From IMG/VR virus record IMGVR_UViG_3300013426_000020: DNA of 36,821 nucleotides. One strand, written 5' to 3'. A program made the translations under genes and the position numbers. The stretch's first letter is position 1; the number at the start of each line of letters is the position of its first letter. The notes beneath the pieces are model-generated. The model was not told where the DNA came from, did not search any database, and saw nothing but the letters and a program-made list of their open reading frames with translations. This document shows positions 9,604 through 19,200 of this stretch, one piece after another. The DNA comes from a virus (Duplodnaviria > Heunggongvirae > Uroviricota > Caudoviricetes).

Positions 9604-10436
9604 TGAGTGATATTTTGAATCTTGCCCTCAAGAAGGATGTATATGAGGGTATAAATAATGGAACCACAGACAAGATTGTAATAGAGTGGTCAAACTGGTG
9701 GAACAAGAGACTGAAGGACATTGATACCGGAAAGTTCAAGGATTTTGTGGCAGTCAGGATTTCCTGCGGAAGTGCAGTAAAATTTGACTATCCTATTGTG
9801 AGTATTGAGCAGATAAACAGGGATTTTATCATCACTGTCGATAATCAAGGTTCTGAAACATATGATGCGGATGTTATTTTGGCAGATGCAATGAAAACTA
9901 CAGAAATGGATACAACTGAAATTGAGACCATTGAAAAGGAGAATGTAATGGAATCCGTGATTGAACAGAAAAAGGATGAATATGTAAGTCCTGAACTTGA
10001 AATAGTGGATGAATGTACTGATAAAGGAGTTGATACAAAAGAACTTACAGATGACTATACATATGAAGTGAACTTGAAGGATTCTGTAAATATAATGCTT
10101 GATAATTTCTGCAAGTTTGATAATGTATATAATATAAATGCACCTGTCATAAGTATTCTTCCTTCTGGAAAAATCATAGGTTCATCAAAAAGACTTGTTG
10201 TTGATAAAGATTGTGAAACAAGAATTCCTTTTGAAAATGTAGAGGCTGTGAAATATAAGTCAATGACTAATAATGAATTTCTTGATATACTCAATCTCAA
10301 ACTTACTGAATACTTGACAGGAAAATATTACATATTTATCAACAGGAAGGCCTGCGGGTTTACAAAAAGGGCAAGCGGGGAGGATGTGCTTGTATTGAGA
10401 ATGACTGTCAGGAAGTCTTATCTTATAGGAAGATAA
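9603..10436 (+). CDS. Hypothetical protein (N-terminus possibly ASCH/PUA-like)
   Basis: 277 aa; LNLALKKDVYEGINNGT..KIVIEWSNWWNKRL resembles ASCH N-termini (tentative). Confidence 0.7.
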   Translation: MSDILNLALKKDVYEGINNGTTDKIVIEWSNWWNKRLKDIDTGKFKDFVAVRISCGSAVKFDYPIVSIEQINRDFIITVDNQGSETYDADVILADAMKTTEMDTTEIETIEKENVMESVIEQKKDEYVSPELEIVDECTDKGVDTKELTDDYTYEVNLKDSVNIMLDNFCKFDNVYNINAPVISILPSGKIIGSSKRLVVDKDCETRIPFENVEAVKYKSMTNNEFLDILNLKLTEYLTGKYYIFINRKACGFTKRASGEDVLVLRMTVRKSYLIGR

Positions 10437-10438
10437 TT

Positions 10439-11149
10439 ATGAAGGTCTGTGTCATAGGAGATATTCATGGAACAGATAAATGGCATGAATGTTATCGAAA
10501 AATAAGAGAAAATGACAATGACTGTCAAAGAATAATCGTCTGTGGAGACTGGTTTGATCCATATGATGATATTCCATTTGAAATGATGATGGAACATTAT
10601 AATGAATTTCTCAATGATTTGAAGAATGATAATAGGATAATATCCCTTCTGGGTAATCATGATCTTGATGGTTATATAATATCCAGTGAGACAAACAGAA
10701 CTTGCAGGATAAGAAATATATATAAGCAAATAACTGATGCATTGACTTCAAATCTGTTGAATTCTTATCTTGTATATAGAATAGGAAACTGGTTGTTTTC
10801 ACATGCTGGTGTCAGTCAGGACTGGATTGATGACAATATTGAATACAAGGATATGATATTGTCAAATAAAAAAGGATGGACTATTGATGAACTTGAAGAA
10901 TTATGTGCATACAGTCCATATGACTGGTCTGGATATGGAAACAATGCAAGACAGGGATGCACATGGATAAGACCACAGGCTCTTGTAAAAAGTCATATTG
11001 AAGGATATAATCAGGTGGTGGGTCATACAAGGGTTGAAAGAATGTTCAACTTGAAGGATGAGATTGAAAACTTTGATACAAATATCTGGATTGTAGACAA
11101 TTGTGGAAAACCTGAATATTTGACTCTTGAAATTGAAGATTGCGAATGA
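10439..11149 (+). CDS. Calcineurin-like metallophosphoesterase
   Basis: GDIHG, GDWFD, GNHD, SHAG, GHT motifs. Confidence 0.9.
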   Translation: MKVCVIGDIHGTDKWHECYRKIRENDNDCQRIIVCGDWFDPYDDIPFEMMMEHYNEFLNDLKNDNRIISLLGNHDLDGYIISSETNRTCRIRNIYKQITDALTSNLLNSYLVYRIGNWLFSHAGVSQDWIDDNIEYKDMILSNKKGWTIDELEELCAYSPYDWSGYGNNARQGCTWIRPQALVKSHIEGYNQVVGHTRVERMFNLKDEIENFDTNIWIVDNCGKPEYLTLEIEDCE

Positions 11150-11164
11150 TTTCGCAATCTTTTT
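11136..11164 (+). terminator. Intrinsic terminator
   Basis: aagattgcgaa-tgat-ttcgcaatctttt. Confidence 0.75.
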
Positions 11165-11203
11165 GTTATCTTTATTATAGATTGTTTTATAAAATCATTA
11201 TAG

Positions 11204-11869
11204 ATGAAAGATTTTGAAAAGTTTGCAAGATGCAATGGTAATGTGTCTTCAACAACACTGGGTAAATATTCAAATGTGATTACAAATGGGTGGGTGAGTC
11301 CCACCATACTGGAGGAACGAAAATTAAATGTTACCCAGATGGATGTTTTTTCCAGACTTATGCAGGAAAGAATTATTTTTCTTGGAACTGATATTGATGC
11401 AGATGTGGCAAATATCATAACTGCACAGTTATTGTATCTGGAGAGTGTTGGAAATGATGACATCACATTGTATATAAATTCACCCGGTGGTGAGATTATA
11501 TCTGGAATGAGTATAGTTGATACTATGAACTACATATCTTCGGACATTTCCACTGTTACCACAGGAATGGCGGCATCTATGGCATCAATTATAGGTTCAT
11601 CCGGAACAAAGGGAAAGAGGTTCATACTTCCACATGGAAGATATCTTCTCCATCAACCACTGGGTGGTGTAAGAGGTCAGGCATCTGAAATAGAAATTGA
11701 ATACAAAGAAATTCAAAAACATAAGGAAATGTTATATAAGATTCTTTCAGATAATACTGGACAACCTTATGAAAAAATTTGGAAGGATGCTGACAGAGAC
11801 TTCTGGCTTGATGCTCAAGAGAGTCTTGAATATGGACTGGTTGATCAAATTGTTGTTAAAAAGAAATAG
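11204..11869 (+). CDS. clpP: ATP-dependent Clp protease proteolytic subunit
   Basis: RIIFLG, YINSPGG, GMAASM (catalytic Ser), HQP (His); Bacteroidota-type ILEERKLNVTQMDVFSRL N-terminus. Confidence 0.95.
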   Translation: MKDFEKFARCNGNVSSTTLGKYSNVITNGWVSPTILEERKLNVTQMDVFSRLMQERIIFLGTDIDADVANIITAQLLYLESVGNDDITLYINSPGGEIISGMSIVDTMNYISSDISTVTTGMAASMASIIGSSGTKGKRFILPHGRYLLHQPLGGVRGQASEIEIEYKEIQKHKEMLYKILSDNTGQPYEKIWKDADRDFWLDAQESLEYGLVDQIVVKKK

Positions 11870-11870
11870 T

Positions 11871-12143
11871 ATGGAATACACATTGAATAGTAAGAATGTA
11901 TCATCAACTATGGGTTGTATGAACAATGAATGTCCTAATAGGAATCTGGAATTTGAAATAAATCCTGATTGGAAATTGAATGATTATAAAGATAATTTCA
12001 CAGTTAATGAACTTCTTCAAACTCTTTATGTCGTGAATGAGTTTAAGAAGAAGTTTCCAAATGATGAAATCATCACAGATTTTGAAAAAATTGTCAGAGA
12101 AGAAATCTGTAATATGTTTGGTGGGACGATATTTAATATGTAA
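11871..12143 (+). CDS. Hypothetical protein
   Basis: Start adjusted to MEYTL directly after the clpP stop. Confidence 0.65.
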   Translation: MEYTLNSKNVSSTMGCMNNECPNRNLEFEINPDWKLNDYKDNFTVNELLQTLYVVNEFKKKFPNDEIITDFEKIVREEICNMFGGTIFNM

Positions 12144-12145
12144 TT

Positions 12146-12667
12146 ATGGGTGTAAGTGTTGTGATAGCACCAGAACATAAGGTTGCAAAATTTGGTGCAT
12201 TAAAAATTTTTCTTGCTGGTGGAATAACAAACTGTATTGACTGGCAGAAGATGATCATTGACAATTTTAAAAAGACAGATAATTATAATGTCTGTCTTTT
12301 CAGTCCCAGAAGAAAGAACTTTGATATAAAGAAAGATTCAGCAGAAGAACAGATTGTGTGGGAATTTAATGCCATTGAGAAATGTGATTTGTTCACTATG
12401 TATTTTGATGGTGGGGTTTCTGATCAACCCATCTGTCTTTATGAACTTGGAAGGAATATAGAGAGAATGAAACAGAAGTTTCCTGATGACTGGACAGACA
12501 GAATCGTGATAACCTGTGATGTTGGATATAAAAGAGTTGAGGATGTCATCATCCAGACAAGACTTGCCACTGATGATAAGGTGAAGGTCAGTGTTGTTGA
12601 TGATGCAGACAAATCAGTGAAGACACATTATAACAACATTTGTAAGGCAATTGAAAAATTTGAGTAA
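12146..12667 (+). CDS. Nucleoside 2-deoxyribosyltransferase-like protein
   Basis: KIFLAGGI..WQ, FSPRR, EQIVWE, LYELG motifs. Confidence 0.75.
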   Translation: MGVSVVIAPEHKVAKFGALKIFLAGGITNCIDWQKMIIDNFKKTDNYNVCLFSPRRKNFDIKKDSAEEQIVWEFNAIEKCDLFTMYFDGGVSDQPICLYELGRNIERMKQKFPDDWTDRIVITCDVGYKRVEDVIIQTRLATDDKVKVSVVDDADKSVKTHYNNICKAIEKFE

Positions 12668-12669
12668 TT

Positions 12670-12972
12670 ATGGAATTTGAGAAGTTCAAGAAATTCATAG
12701 ACGCTGCAAGAAGCATTGATGTGGATAATGACAGTCTTTATAAACTTGGATTTGATATATCAAGTTCAAATATTCTGGACAACATCTGGTCAATAGAACT
12801 TGTATTGTTTTCAGAAATCTATGGAGATGATGGTTATGATCTTCTGTTATGGTATCTTTATGAAATGCCGAAAGACAATGAACCTCATATGTGGGACAGT
12901 GATAAGAATGTAATTGATGTATCAACGGATGAGAAGTTATGGGAACTTCTGGAAAAAGACTATAAAAAATAA
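12670..12972 (+). CDS. Hypothetical protein
   Basis: 100-aa ORF in operon. Confidence 0.75.
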   Translation: MEFEKFKKFIDAARSIDVDNDSLYKLGFDISSSNILDNIWSIELVLFSEIYGDDGYDLLLWYLYEMPKDNEPHMWDSDKNVIDVSTDEKLWELLEKDYKK

Positions 12973-12974
12973 AT

Positions 12975-14000
12975 ATGAGCAAGAATGTAATCAGTATGGG
13001 AATTGAATGTCCCATTGTAAGAGAATGTGATGATATTGTAAATATTGTTGTTAATAATGTCCTGAAACACCAGATTGATGACTATGATGTCATAGGAATT
13101 ACTGAAAGTGTGGTGGCAAGAGCAAATGGACTTTATGTTTCTGTGGATGAAATTGCAGAAGATATTGTGAAGAAGTTCGGTAAAGATCAAACAATAACAC
13201 TTGTCTGTCCCATTTACAGTAGGAACAGGTTTTCAATGATTTTGAAGGGTATCGCACGGGCATCAAAGAAAATTGTATGTATCATGCCTGAATGTGATGA
13301 AGTTGGGAATCCGAAAGGTGTGAATCCCTTTACAGGAGTGAATGTCGAGAAATATTATAAAGAAATCTGTGAAACAGAAAATTGTGAGTTTTTTGTACAA
13401 GAATCTTTGTCATTTACATCAGACTGGAAGGATGGCAATTGGATAGACTGTCATCTTCATAACTATACAAGACATACTGGAGAAAACAAACATTATTGCC
13501 TTGCTGACATATGTGCAGACAAGAATCCAGATTTCGGTCTTCTGGGAACAAACAAGGCTACAGAAGAAAGGCTCAAACTCTTTCCTACAAGAGAACTTGC
13601 TGACAGGGTGTGTGATGAAGTCAAGAAAATAGTGAAGAAAAGAACAGGAAAGAATGTGATTGTGATGATTTATGGGGATGGATCATACAAGGATATTGAT
13701 GCTGGAATCTGGGAAATGGCTGATCCTGTGAGTGCTCCGGGATATACTGACAAAGGTCTTCTTGACAGGACTCCTTATGAAATCAAGCTCAAATATTTTG
13801 CAGATCTGGGATACACTGACAAGGAAATACAAGAAGAAATATTCAAGAAAGACCTTATGAGTGATCTTGGTAAGAACAAGATGCAGACACAGGGAACAAC
13901 ACCGAGAAGATATGTGAATCTTCTTGCATCTTTGATGGACTTGACCACTGGATCAGGAGAAAGGGCAACACCGGTGGTTCTGGTGAAAAATTATTTCTAA
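12975..14000 (+). CDS. Coenzyme F420-0:gamma-glutamyl ligase (CofE)-like protein
   Basis: GIECPIVRECDDIV, DVIGITESVVARA, DLTTGSGERATPVVLV. Confidence 0.75.
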   Translation: MSKNVISMGIECPIVRECDDIVNIVVNNVLKHQIDDYDVIGITESVVARANGLYVSVDEIAEDIVKKFGKDQTITLVCPIYSRNRFSMILKGIARASKKIVCIMPECDEVGNPKGVNPFTGVNVEKYYKEICETENCEFFVQESLSFTSDWKDGNWIDCHLHNYTRHTGENKHYCLADICADKNPDFGLLGTNKATEERLKLFPTRELADRVCDEVKKIVKKRTGKNVIVMIYGDGSYKDIDAGIWEMADPVSAPGYTDKGLLDRTPYEIKLKYFADLGYTDKEIQEEIFKKDLMSDLGKNKMQTQGTTPRRYVNLLASLMDLTTGSGERATPVVLVKNYF

Positions 14001-14007
14001 AAAAAGT

Positions 14008-14039
14008 TGAAGGACAGTGTAAATCACTGTCCTTCATTT
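14008..14039. terminator. Bidirectional terminator
   Basis: tgaaggacagtg-taaat-cactgtccttca between convergent genes. Confidence 0.85.
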
Positions 14040-14041
14040 GA

Positions 14042-14815
14042 TTACCATTGAAGTAATCGCGGTGTATATGTATATCCCACCGTCACACCCACACCTATTG
14101 TGGGGATGAACTTCTGGGAAGAAAAGTCATAACCCATACCTATATTTGGACCGACAGCAATACCTATACCGTTCTTCTTTCTGTTTGATCTTTCATATGT
14201 CTTTCCATTTTCTGCAACCACACCCATACCCGAATTGAATACAAGGTCAGGATAATCAGATCTCAAATGTATGTATGTCTCGTTTGTCTTTGTGTTTCTT
14301 TCAAGCCATCCTTCTATGAAAATGTTCTGTTCAATACCTATTTCTGCTTTATCAGTGTATAATTTATTGTCTTTCACTTCATATGGTATCTTTCCTGATA
14401 TTGACCTGCTTGACTTTCCATAATTGTCTTTTCTTGCAAAGGATATTGTGTCATTGTCATTTACACCCACTTCCCTGATTATGACAGTTTCAATCTTTAC
14501 TGTATCCTTTATGTTCATACTCGAATTGATATAAGACAGATATTCCATATTCTTCTTTTTGAGAAGACCTATGCTGTCCCGGAGTTCCTGTTGTGTGAGC
14601 TGATATGCATGTTTCTCCGCATTTATTCTTCCTATTTCATCTTTATATGATACAAGTTGTTCAGTGAGAACCTTTCTGTTATTTTCCTGTCTGTCAATCT
14701 CATTGTCAAGATTGTCTATCTTTGAACACTGTCCTGAAATGGTTATACCCATCACAATCAATATGATGATATAAATCAAGTCCCTGTATTTCTTTATGAA
14801 TTCAAAAACTTTCAT
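14042..14815 (-). CDS. Membrane-anchored coiled-coil protein with Gly-rich beta C-terminus (possible spanin-like)
   Basis: N-terminal TM, coiled coil, GIGIAVGPNIGMGY..IGVGVTVGYTY; pattern typical of Bacteroidota phages. Confidence 0.6.
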   Translation of the reverse strand: MKVFEFIKKYRDLIYIIILIVMGITISGQCSKIDNLDNEIDRQENNRKVLTEQLVSYKDEIGRINAEKHAYQLTQQELRDSIGLLKKKNMEYLSYINSSMNIKDTVKIETVIIREVGVNDNDTISFARKDNYGKSSRSISGKIPYEVKDNKLYTDKAEIGIEQNIFIEGWLERNTKTNETYIHLRSDYPDLVFNSGMGVVAENGKTYERSNRKKNGIGIAVGPNIGMGYDFSSQKFIPTIGVGVTVGYTYTPRLLQW

Positions 14816-15759
14816 TTTTTCTTTATATATAAATTGTTTATATTGTCTATGATGGTGTCAATTACATCAATTACAAGATCATTTGAGACTTTTCCTGACT
14901 TTGATGTAATAAATGTTTCACGATATTTATTTGTTTCTACTTTGAAACCTTTATCAATCAACATATTTATAATTGGTTCTGATGGTGTGAATGGAATCAA
15001 TTTCAGTTCTTCTATTCTCATAAAGTCTGTTGTGAAGTCTGTTGTGAAACCTATTTTGAGAACAGGGGGGTTGATGTCATCATCTGAAGAATTCAATTTT
15101 ACACAAAATTGATCTGTGTGGGTTTTATAAAATGGTTTTGATGAATCTGTTCTTTTATATCTGTCATTAAGATAATCCATAAACTCTTTCATATCAAGAC
15201 TGTTAACATATCCTGTTTCTTCCTTTCTTTTGTTTCCAGATAAGTCTCTTTTTGCAATATCACCGAGAATACCTTCTGTTATCTTATCATTTCTTTTTAT
15301 GTATAAATCATCAACATTGTTTATAAACAAATCCATTATCTTTATAACCATATCATTTGAAACTTTATTTTCTTTTGATGTGATGATATATATATAAGAT
15401 GATAAACTTACATCAAATCCATTTTTATCAAGTATGTCAGCAAACGGTTTTGATGGTGTTACTGGAACAAGCAAGATTTTATGAAGTTTCAGTCCATTTG
15501 ATGAAAACTTCAAATGCATATATGACATATTTTCTCGTGATAAAGATGTTTTTAATCCTACTACTATCTCAAATGTTGTTGTGTTAAAAAAAACATCATC
15601 ATTAACATAATCAGTTCTCCTGTATAATTTGTTCAAATAATCTTTAAACTCATTCATGTCAAGATTATTGATGTCATCTTCTTTTTTTTCTTTTCCAGTA
15701 AGATCTCTTCTTGCAATGTCTCCAAGAATCCCTTCTGATAATGTACTCAATTTTTTCAT
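14812..15759 (-). CDS. GILGDIA leader family protein with internal tandem duplication
   Basis: Leader motif at the N-terminus and again mid-protein; the two halves are similar. Confidence 0.85.
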   Translation of the reverse strand: MKKLSTLSEGILGDIARRDLTGKEKKEDDINNLDMNEFKDYLNKLYRRTDYVNDDVFFNTTTFEIVVGLKTSLSRENMSYMHLKFSSNGLKLHKILLVPVTPSKPFADILDKNGFDVSLSSYIYIITSKENKVSNDMVIKIMDLFINNVDDLYIKRNDKITEGILGDIAKRDLSGNKRKEETGYVNSLDMKEFMDYLNDRYKRTDSSKPFYKTHTDQFCVKLNSSDDDINPPVLKIGFTTDFTTDFMRIEELKLIPFTPSEPIINMLIDKGFKVETNKYRETFITSKSGKVSNDLVIDVIDTIIDNINNLYIKKK

Positions 15760-15814
15760 AAAATAGTTTATAATTTACAAAATAATTTGTTATTTTTGTA
15801 GTGATAAATTATTT

Positions 15815-16285
15815 ATGGGTATGAAAATTATAATTCCAATAGGTATTTCAGGTTCTGGAAAATCAAGATTATATGATATGGAGTATCAGGATTATGTGAA
15901 GGTATGTCCAGATGATATTCGTAGGGAATTGACAGGAAATATAAGTGATCAGTCAAGAAACAGGGAAGTGTTTGAACTTGCACAAAAAATGATTGATGAC
16001 TGCATTGCAAATGACAGAGATGTGTTTTATGATGCAACTAATATTAATAGCGAATACAGGAAGAAGTTTGTGAACAAATATAAAGGAACAGATGTGAAAA
16101 TCGTTTATGTGATACTCCCTGCCGATGTGAATGTATCAAATGAAAGGATAAAGAATGATTTGAATACTGGTGTTGATAGGTCAAATGTTTCATATCAGGT
16201 ATTGTTGAGACAGTATGAGATGTATAAGGAGACATTAAATTCACAGTTCAAGGATGAGAATGTAGATGAAATAATTTATTTGTGA
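15815..16285 (+). CDS. Polynucleotide kinase-like P-loop kinase (AAA_33 type)
   Basis: GISGSGKS Walker A, CPDDIRREL, FYDATN. Confidence 0.8.
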   Translation: MGMKIIIPIGISGSGKSRLYDMEYQDYVKVCPDDIRRELTGNISDQSRNREVFELAQKMIDDCIANDRDVFYDATNINSEYRKKFVNKYKGTDVKIVYVILPADVNVSNERIKNDLNTGVDRSNVSYQVLLRQYEMYKETLNSQFKDENVDEIIYL

Positions 16286-16346
16286 TTATGTAATTATTTT
16301 ATAAATGATATACACATAAATACATTATAAAATAAGTTTATAATGT

Positions 16347-17252
16347 ATGTGTGAATATGTAAAATACTGTTCAATTTGTGGTTCTCCTATGATATATAGT
16401 TCATTGGATAGTTTTAGAGCAAATAAAAAACATATAATATGTAGAAGTTGTGCCAGAAAGGATATGTTTAAAAGAATATATCCTAACAAAATAGAGAAAT
16501 TATTATTAGATACACCAGAAACTTATTATTGGATTGGATATCTGTTATCTGATGGACATATAGATAAGAATTGTAGAATCAAATTTACACAAAATGGGAC
16601 TGATAAAATTTCTGTTGAAAAATTTAGACTATATTTAGAAGGTAAATGTGATATAAAATATAGTAAAAATGTAGATCAAGCAAGTTTTTCAATTATGAAT
16701 AAAGATATTATTTCACAAATTGCAAAAAAATTTGATATAAAATCAAATAAAACATATAATCCACCTAAAAAAGAAATATTTGAACAAATGGATATAGATT
16801 TACTTGCATATCTATTTATTGGTTTTGTTGATGGTGATGGACATATTGCAAATTTATACAAAAGAACAGATTTTCAATTGAGTATACGAGTTCATTCATC
16901 TTGGTATGATATTATCAATGTATTTGCTGAAAGACTCTTTGGATTATATAAATATGTTAAAATTACCAAAGATGGATATTGTATGTTTGCGATAGGTAAT
17001 ACAAAATTATTAAAAGATTTTAAAAGAAAATATTTGACAAATATATCATTTGAACCTTTAAAGAGAAAGTGGGATGTAATTGATTTAAATTATATTGGTA
17101 AATATGAAAAATCGGAAATAAATTTCAAAAATGTAAAAGAATTATATTTAAAACATTATGATATAAAAACAATTTGTAAATTATTGAATCTTAAAGAAGG
17201 TTGTGTTTACAAAAAAATTAGAGAATTAAAAAATGAAATGTTTAACAATTAA
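16347..17252 (+). mobile_element. Free-standing LAGLIDADG homing endonuclease
   Basis: Two motifs, YWIGYLLSDGHI and LFIGFVDGDGHI; more AT-rich than its neighbours. Confidence 0.85.
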
Positions 17253-17270
17253 TATATTTAAGTCCGAAGT

Positions 17271-17887
17271 ATGTATACACTAAAAATAGAAGATCTAAGT
17301 AAGGTATACTTTACTTCGGACACCTAACTCACTTTTCGCATTTCCGAATTTGTCAGTATTGCAATAGACCTTTTGAGTCAAGGAGTGATATGGACAGAAC
17401 ACTTATTGAGAACTGGAATTCAGTTGTTCCGGAAGATGGAATAGTAATCTGTTGCGGAGACTTTATGCTTCCACATGATACAGGACTCAAGGAGTATGCA
17501 AAATATATGAAGCAACTCAATGGGACTATCTATATGACATCTGGAAACCATGATAGAATTGATGTGGGTGAATATTGTATTGAAGATGAAATCAAACCCA
17601 AACTGATTGTCAATGATATGATGTTTGTCAATGTCGATAGTAAGAAGATATTTGCACAGCATTATCCATGTATTGCTTTCAATGGGGATTATCAAGTGTA
17701 TGGTCATGTCCATACACTGTCTGATGGAACAGTGAATGGTGAGGATAGTGATGTTGTGTGGAAGACAAGGTGGAATCAGTATGATGTGGGAGTTGACCAG
17801 AATGGATATAAGCCTGTGTCATATAAGGAACTTATGAAGATTTTTGACAAAAGAAGAAAGAAAAATGAAGAACATAAAGAGTTTTGA
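17271..17887 (+). CDS. Calcineurin-like phosphoesterase interrupted by an in-frame TAA and a 5-nt frame offset
   Basis: MYTLKIEDLSKVYFTSDT* (17271-17327), then HFSH..CNRPF..MDRTLIENWN, GDF, GNHD, HYP, GHVH from 17330 in another frame. Confidence 0.75.
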
Positions 17888-18836
17888 AGATTTTACAAAG
17901 GATAACAATAAAGTTATGAATGCCATATTGAACAATGATGTTGATTTCATTTTCAATTTCTTCAAGAATGGCATAATAAAATATGAAAAGGAAAATGAAG
18001 AATCATTTCAGGAATGTAGAAATAAAGGTATCAATTATTTTGACAAGATAAATGAAGGTCTTGTTATAGATAAGATAAAGCATTTGATATATCTTGATGA
18101 TTCAAATGATAATGAAGTTATCACTGATGTTTCAAAATTACCTGTTTGTGATAAAACATCAATAGATGGTGTTGATATTTATTCTATATTCAAGAGAGGT
18201 AGGGATAAAAATGGTAATAAAAGTTTTACTGATGGAAATGCATTTAACAAGGCATTCAAAGAAGAAGTGTGGAGATTTGCAGATGGAGAAAAAGAAAAGA
18301 TAATTACAAGAATTATACAGGTGTTGAAAAAATATCTGCTGTCTCATAGACATGATATTTGTGTAGTTGTTCCAAGTACATCTGGTTTCAATGATACATT
18401 TGCACAATTGATTCATGATGCCTGTGGTGCTGAAATAGTAGATAAGATGCTCGTAAAGTTAACAACACAAGAAGCATATGAATTATATGATGAAAAACTT
18501 GATTTTTTTCACAGATATTATCCTAAAATAAAGGACAGGGAAAATGCAATAAAAAACTTTGAAATTTATTTGAACAGAATGGATGAAGAAAAGAATGGAA
18601 TGTTTTGTATTCATTATATTGATGATATTGAGATGAGAAACAATATGGAATATGTATTAAAAATGGACAATACATATAAAACAATACTTGCAAATGAAAA
18701 TAAATTATATGAAAAGGATGTTTTGATTATTGATGATTTGATGTCAAGAGGAACAAGTATCAAGAATGCAATCAAATATGTCAAAGAATATTCTCCAAAA
18801 TCTATAACGGTGTTAACACTGATGTCAAAAAATTAA
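17865..18836 (+). CDS. Phosphoribosyltransferase-fold protein (paralog 1)
   Basis: VVVPST and VLIIDDLMSRGTSI PRPP loop; MKNIKSFEDF N-terminus; start adjusted. Confidence 0.8.
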   Translation: MKNIKSFEDFTKDNNKVMNAILNNDVDFIFNFFKNGIIKYEKENEESFQECRNKGINYFDKINEGLVIDKIKHLIYLDDSNDNEVITDVSKLPVCDKTSIDGVDIYSIFKRGRDKNGNKSFTDGNAFNKAFKEEVWRFADGEKEKIITRIIQVLKKYLLSHRHDICVVVPSTSGFNDTFAQLIHDACGAEIVDKMLVKLTTQEAYELYDEKLDFFHRYYPKIKDRENAIKNFEIYLNRMDEEKNGMFCIHYIDDIEMRNNMEYVLKMDNTYKTILANENKLYEKDVLIIDDLMSRGTSIKNAIKYVKEYSPKSITVLTLMSKN

Positions 18837-18840
18837 ACAT

Positions 18841-19197
18841 ATGATTATAAAAGTGAAAGATAACTGCACACAACTTCCTGATGATGAAACTGCAAAAGGA
18901 AATTATGAACTTGAAGTCAGTGATGATGTTGTGATTGATGCAATGACTACAAAGAATCCATCTTACTGGTATGTTTTGATTGATGGAAAGGTGTTCAAAT
19001 CGGAACAACAGAAAGGTTTGAAATCAATGTTGTTTTCTTCAAGGGAGAAAGCCGAAAATGCAGTAAAAGATGGACTATATTGGAAACATAAGATTATTCC
19101 ACATATCGGTTGCAACTGCGGTTATGATGAAAATGATTTTTATGATAAATTGAAGTTATTATATAAAGTAGAAATAAAGGAATTCAAATTTTTATAA
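18841..19197 (+). CDS. Hypothetical protein
   Basis: 118-aa ORF in operon. Confidence 0.7.
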   Translation: MIIKVKDNCTQLPDDETAKGNYELEVSDDVVIDAMTTKNPSYWYVLIDGKVFKSEQQKGLKSMLFSSREKAENAVKDGLYWKHKIIPHIGCNCGYDENDFYDKLKLLYKVEIKEFKFL

Positions 19198-19200
19198 ATT

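Noticed and set aside
16290-17330. Group I intron carrying the LAGLIDADG gene inside the phosphoesterase
   Set aside because: The phosphoesterase N-terminus lies downstream of the endonuclease, and the flanks are too short for an intron core
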